A DNA stretch of 64,000 bases from positions 251,723 to 315,722 of the IMG/VR virus record IMGVR_UViG_3300023179_005186; one strand, 5' to 3'. Every line of letters begins with the position of its first letter. The stretch's first letter is position 1. Shown one piece after another: positions 60,622 through 64,000 of the stretch. The notes below the pieces were generated by a model. It made no database searches and was not told the DNA's origin. It was given only the letters and a program-made list of their open reading frames with translations. A program made the position numbers and the translations under genes.

Positions 60622-62997
60622 ATGAACAATATTTTTTTTGACATAAAATATTTAATAATATCATATATTTTTAAAAAAGAAACCCTTGAATATCTTATAA
60701 CAAATAATTATAATTTTAAACCTAATTTACATCAAAAAACTGTTAAAGCTTTTAATGAAAAAAAATATAATATCTTTGAAGACTTAATTTTAAATGGTTT
60801 ATTTGATAAAAATACAAATTGGTTTTATAAAGATAATTTTATTATTAAATTGATTGAAAGTGATTTGTATGAAAATTTAGTTTATTTTTATATAGATAAT
60901 TATAAAATTGATTTTTATAGAATAAGAAATATAAATTATTTAATGACAGCACTAGATAAAAATAAATTTAAAATTGCTGATTTTATAATTGATTATCATT
61001 CAGATTATAAAATTATAAATGAAATTGATTCTGAAACAAATTATAATGTATTGATTAAAGCATTAATAAAATCTAAAGATTATATTGCTTTTAAAATTCT
61101 AAATCATAATTTATTTGATAGTAATGTAATTTTATCAAATAATTCATTATTAACATATCTATCAATAATATATTTAAATAAATTTGATTTAACACAATCC
61201 TTAAATAAATTGCTAGAATTAATGCCTTGTGATAAATTTATTATTAATGATGAAACAGAAACTTTTTATTTAAAAGCTTGTAAAATTCTTGATTCTGATA
61301 AAATATTAGATGTAATTTCACATATAATAAATAAAATGTATAGTAATAAAGAAATTCCTTTTTATAAATTATCTAATATATTTAGTTATTTAAATTTTAA
61401 TAGTAAATTTGATAAAATAAAAGAAGAAATTGTATTTAATATAATAATACCTAAAAAATTAAAAAAAATTAATACATTTCATTTAGATAAAATGTTTTCA
61501 TATTTTTCACTAAATAATAAATTAATTTATAAAATAACAGAAAGTTATATTAAACTGTATGAAAAAAGAAAATTAAGTCCATATTCTTTTTATGGTATTT
61601 TAAAAATCTTAGTTAAATATGAATTAGATTCTGATTTGTATAAAAAGTTATTTAATCTGAATAATATTGATAGTATGAATAATTTTAAGAAATCTTTGTT
61701 TATAAAAATATTAGTATTATTTTCTAAATCAAATATTTTACAATCTTATTCAAATATTATCTTTAATAAAATTAATGACGAAACTAAAAATATTTTATTT
61801 AATTGGATTATATATTTTGGTTTAAAAATTGGTATAGAAAATTTTAATAAAACCTCATTATATTTAATAGATAAATTTGATATATCTAATATCACTATTT
61901 CTGATAATGATATTTTTCAAGAAAATTTTAATTCAATAGTTTTCTGGATAGAAAATTTACCAAAAGATCAAATAAATTCTGATATAGAATGTGTATTAAA
62001 TATTATTCAATCTATTGATAATATTAATATTAATAGTATTATTTATTTTCAAGATTTTTTTATTAATACTATATTTAAGCTTATTCATTTATTATGTGAA
62101 GATGATTTAATAAAGTTTTTTAATAAAATTCCAAATGAAATTAAAAATATTAATTATTCAGATGTTTTTGAAATAATTATTATAAAAAAATATTATAAAT
62201 TTATAAATTTATTAAAACCAATTATTAATTTAGAAGATAATTATGTAATATATTTTTCAGCTTTTCATAATTTAATAAAAAATAAACAAGATACTTACAT
62301 ATTTGAATTAGATGCTGTATCAATAATTGATCTAGGTAGGTCAAGTAAACTTATATATAATATATTTTATTTTGCTGTTTGTCATAAATGTGAAGATCTT
62401 TGTTATGAAATATTAACTAGATGTCATATAAATAAGCCATATTCTATTGATATTAATTTTGAGATATTACCAGATTATAATACTATCTTTATGTCAATGA
62501 TTAATTTTTCAATGAACAAATTAGTTAATTGGATTTTTGATGTTTATCCTATTTATAAATTAAATATTTTTCATGTTAATAAAAATGGTGATAGTGCTTT
62601 AATTCTGGCTCTTAAAACTAGACAATCAGATCTAGTAAATAAAATTATTGAAAAAACAGATGAAAATACTTTAATTTATATAAAAAAATTTAATCAAATT
62701 AATTTAATTTCAAATTACTTTTTTACAAATTCATCTGAATTATACTGGTGTTGTAAATTTCCTAATGAAAAAATAGGATTATTATTAGTTGATAAAAAAT
62801 TATCAAATCCTAATTATATTGATTCTGATGGCAATACTCCACTTATTTTATCATGTAAGCATTTTATGAAAAATCTTGCTATAAAACTTATAAAAACTAA
62901 TTTATGTAATACTAATCATATTAATAAACTTGGTAAATCTGCTCTAGATTATTGTAAGCAAAATAAACTTTATTCAATAAGTTATTTATTAGAATAA
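60622..62997 (+). CDS. Ankyrin-repeat protein
   Basis: NKNGDSALILAL, DSDGNTPLILSC, NKLGKSALDYC. Confidence 0.8.
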   Translation: MNNIFFDIKYLIISYIFKKETLEYLITNNYNFKPNLHQKTVKAFNEKKYNIFEDLILNGLFDKNTNWFYKDNFIIKLIESDLYENLVYFYIDNYKIDFYRIRNINYLMTALDKNKFKIADFIIDYHSDYKIINEIDSETNYNVLIKALIKSKDYIAFKILNHNLFDSNVILSNNSLLTYLSIIYLNKFDLTQSLNKLLELMPCDKFIINDETETFYLKACKILDSDKILDVISHIINKMYSNKEIPFYKLSNIFSYLNFNSKFDKIKEEIVFNIIIPKKLKKINTFHLDKMFSYFSLNNKLIYKITESYIKLYEKRKLSPYSFYGILKILVKYELDSDLYKKLFNLNNIDSMNNFKKSLFIKILVLFSKSNILQSYSNIIFNKINDETKNILFNWIIYFGLKIGIENFNKTSLYLIDKFDISNITISDNDIFQENFNSIVFWIENLPKDQINSDIECVLNIIQSIDNININSIIYFQDFFINTIFKLIHLLCEDDLIKFFNKIPNEIKNINYSDVFEIIIIKKYYKFINLLKPIINLEDNYVIYFSAFHNLIKNKQDTYIFELDAVSIIDLGRSSKLIYNIFYFAVCHKCEDLCYEILTRCHINKPYSIDINFEILPDYNTIFMSMINFSMNKLVNWIFDVYPIYKLNIFHVNKNGDSALILALKTRQSDLVNKIIEKTDENTLIYIKKFNQINLISNYFFTNSSELYWCCKFPNEKIGLLLVDKKLSNPNYIDSDGNTPLILSCKHFMKNLAIKLIKTNLCNTNHINKLGKSALDYCKQNKLYSISYLLE

Positions 62998-63125
62998 TTT
63001 AAGTATTATCAGTAATAACAAAATTATTAGATATTTGTTTTATAACATAATGTAAACTATCATTTATACTATGATTAAAAGTATCCTATTTTTTGTAAAT
63101 GTATGTGATATAATTAAATGACTAT

Positions 63126-63689
63126 TCAATTTTCTGAAGATCCCGCTGAATTATTGGTTGATACTTTCCTGGATAAAAATTGGCCGGTATCGAATATTTC
63201 ATTTAGAATTCTACCTGCTGCATCATTAGTGAATGTAAGTGAGTATAATTTTTCTCTACCTTTAAGTGGTTGAGTTAATGCAGTTATACCAGCTAATATA
63301 TCAGTTAATTCAGGAGTTGTTAAAAATGGTTTTTCTGGTGATAAAGTACCTGCAGGTATTTCAGCAAATGGTCTATGAATTCGTTCTGGAAATTCTTTAC
63401 CTCTAAAAGCTCTAGAATTACTATTATTAAATGCTATTTTTAATTGACCTACTAACCCAGGAACTTTTACAGGTAAGGTTGGATTTCTCTCTAGAAATAC
63501 TCTTACATCAACTAAAGATAATTTATTATTATCAACATCAGAATTAGTAGGAAAAACTAATTTAGCTAAATCTTCTTCATGAATATTAGAAATAAATAAA
63601 GTATGTCCATCAGGAGAAACAATAGTTCTAATAGCAGGATTAATTAAGTTACATTCACCAATAATTAAAGAAAAATAAAATTGATTCAA
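63126..63689 (-). CDS. Hypothetical protein (start uncertain; ATG 63699 is out of frame by one base)
   Basis: 187-aa ORF with protein-like composition; a related remnant lies upstream. Confidence 0.55.
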   Translation of the reverse strand: MNQFYFSLIIGECNLINPAIRTIVSPDGHTLFISNIHEEDLAKLVFPTNSDVDNNKLSLVDVRVFLERNPTLPVKVPGLVGQLKIAFNNSNSRAFRGKEFPERIHRPFAEIPAGTLSPEKPFLTTPELTDILAGITALTQPLKGREKLYSLTFTNDAAGRILNEIFDTGQFLSRKVSTNNSAGSSEN

Positions 63690-64000
63690 AACTTTTCATT
63701 AGATATATATATGTATATATATATATATATATATTTTTTATCAATGGTTGGGAGTTCTATCACTATAAAACTTGATAATTCTTGATTAAAATTAGATAGT
63801 ATGTAATTTAATCTATCTCTTGTTTTCATAATAGGGATCATAGTAACCTATTAGACCTCTTACTGATTCATTAGTGAATGTAAGTGAGTATTAATTTTTT
63901 AAAAATTCAACTAATTTTCTTCACCATTATTTGTATAACTGTTATTAAATGACATTTTTATAAATATTAATTGAATTAAAGTAATCACAATTTTCAATTT

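Noticed and set aside
63703-63734. (TA)n microsatellite
   Set aside because: Low-complexity run in very AT-rich DNA with no evidence of function.
1-64000. tRNA or rRNA genes, and a bacterial origin for the GT cluster, FtsH and ppa
   Set aside because: No cloverleaf or rRNA-like GC-rich segment was seen by eye (tRNAscan not run). The lack of evident Shine-Dalgarno sites, the AAAATTGA promoters, eIF2-gamma and Fanzor point to a giant virus.

Overview
Very AT-rich, gene-dense window that looks like a giant-virus genome (Nucleocytoviricota, Imitervirales/Mimiviridae-like). The assignment rests on intronless ORFs, at least 13 AAAATTGA early-promoter octamers upstream of starts, and KYLKYKxKY-tagged proteins. 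The left part (5.2-22.9 kb) is a glycosylation cluster: UDP-sugar dehydrogenase, GT25, GT2, several GT-B/GT4 proteins and a UDP-sugar epimerase, with FtsH inside it and an HDAC and an R-S-ExE ADP-ribosyltransferase just beyond. The centre holds two complete IS630/Tc1-mariner transposons carrying Fanzor (TnpB-like) RNA-guided nucleases, at 28195-32279 and 38707-44770. Each has 25-bp TIRs, a TA duplication, a structured putative omegaRNA at the right end and the same four-gene layout. Each interrupts a host gene whose frame is restored exactly when the element is removed. The second element has captured about 1.7 kb of apparently chromosomal DNA (a GNAT gene and a 5'-truncated eIF2-gamma) inside its own zinc-ribbon endonuclease gene. 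The right part carries a group-1-type viral rhodopsin, a tandem DcpS-like protein lacking HIT histidines, a cupin, a pyrophosphatase, a GH18 chitinase, a circularly permuted histidine phosphatase, and DUF4116 and ankyrin proteins. No tRNA, rRNA or CRISPR array was seen. All family calls come from motifs read by eye; no database search was run.
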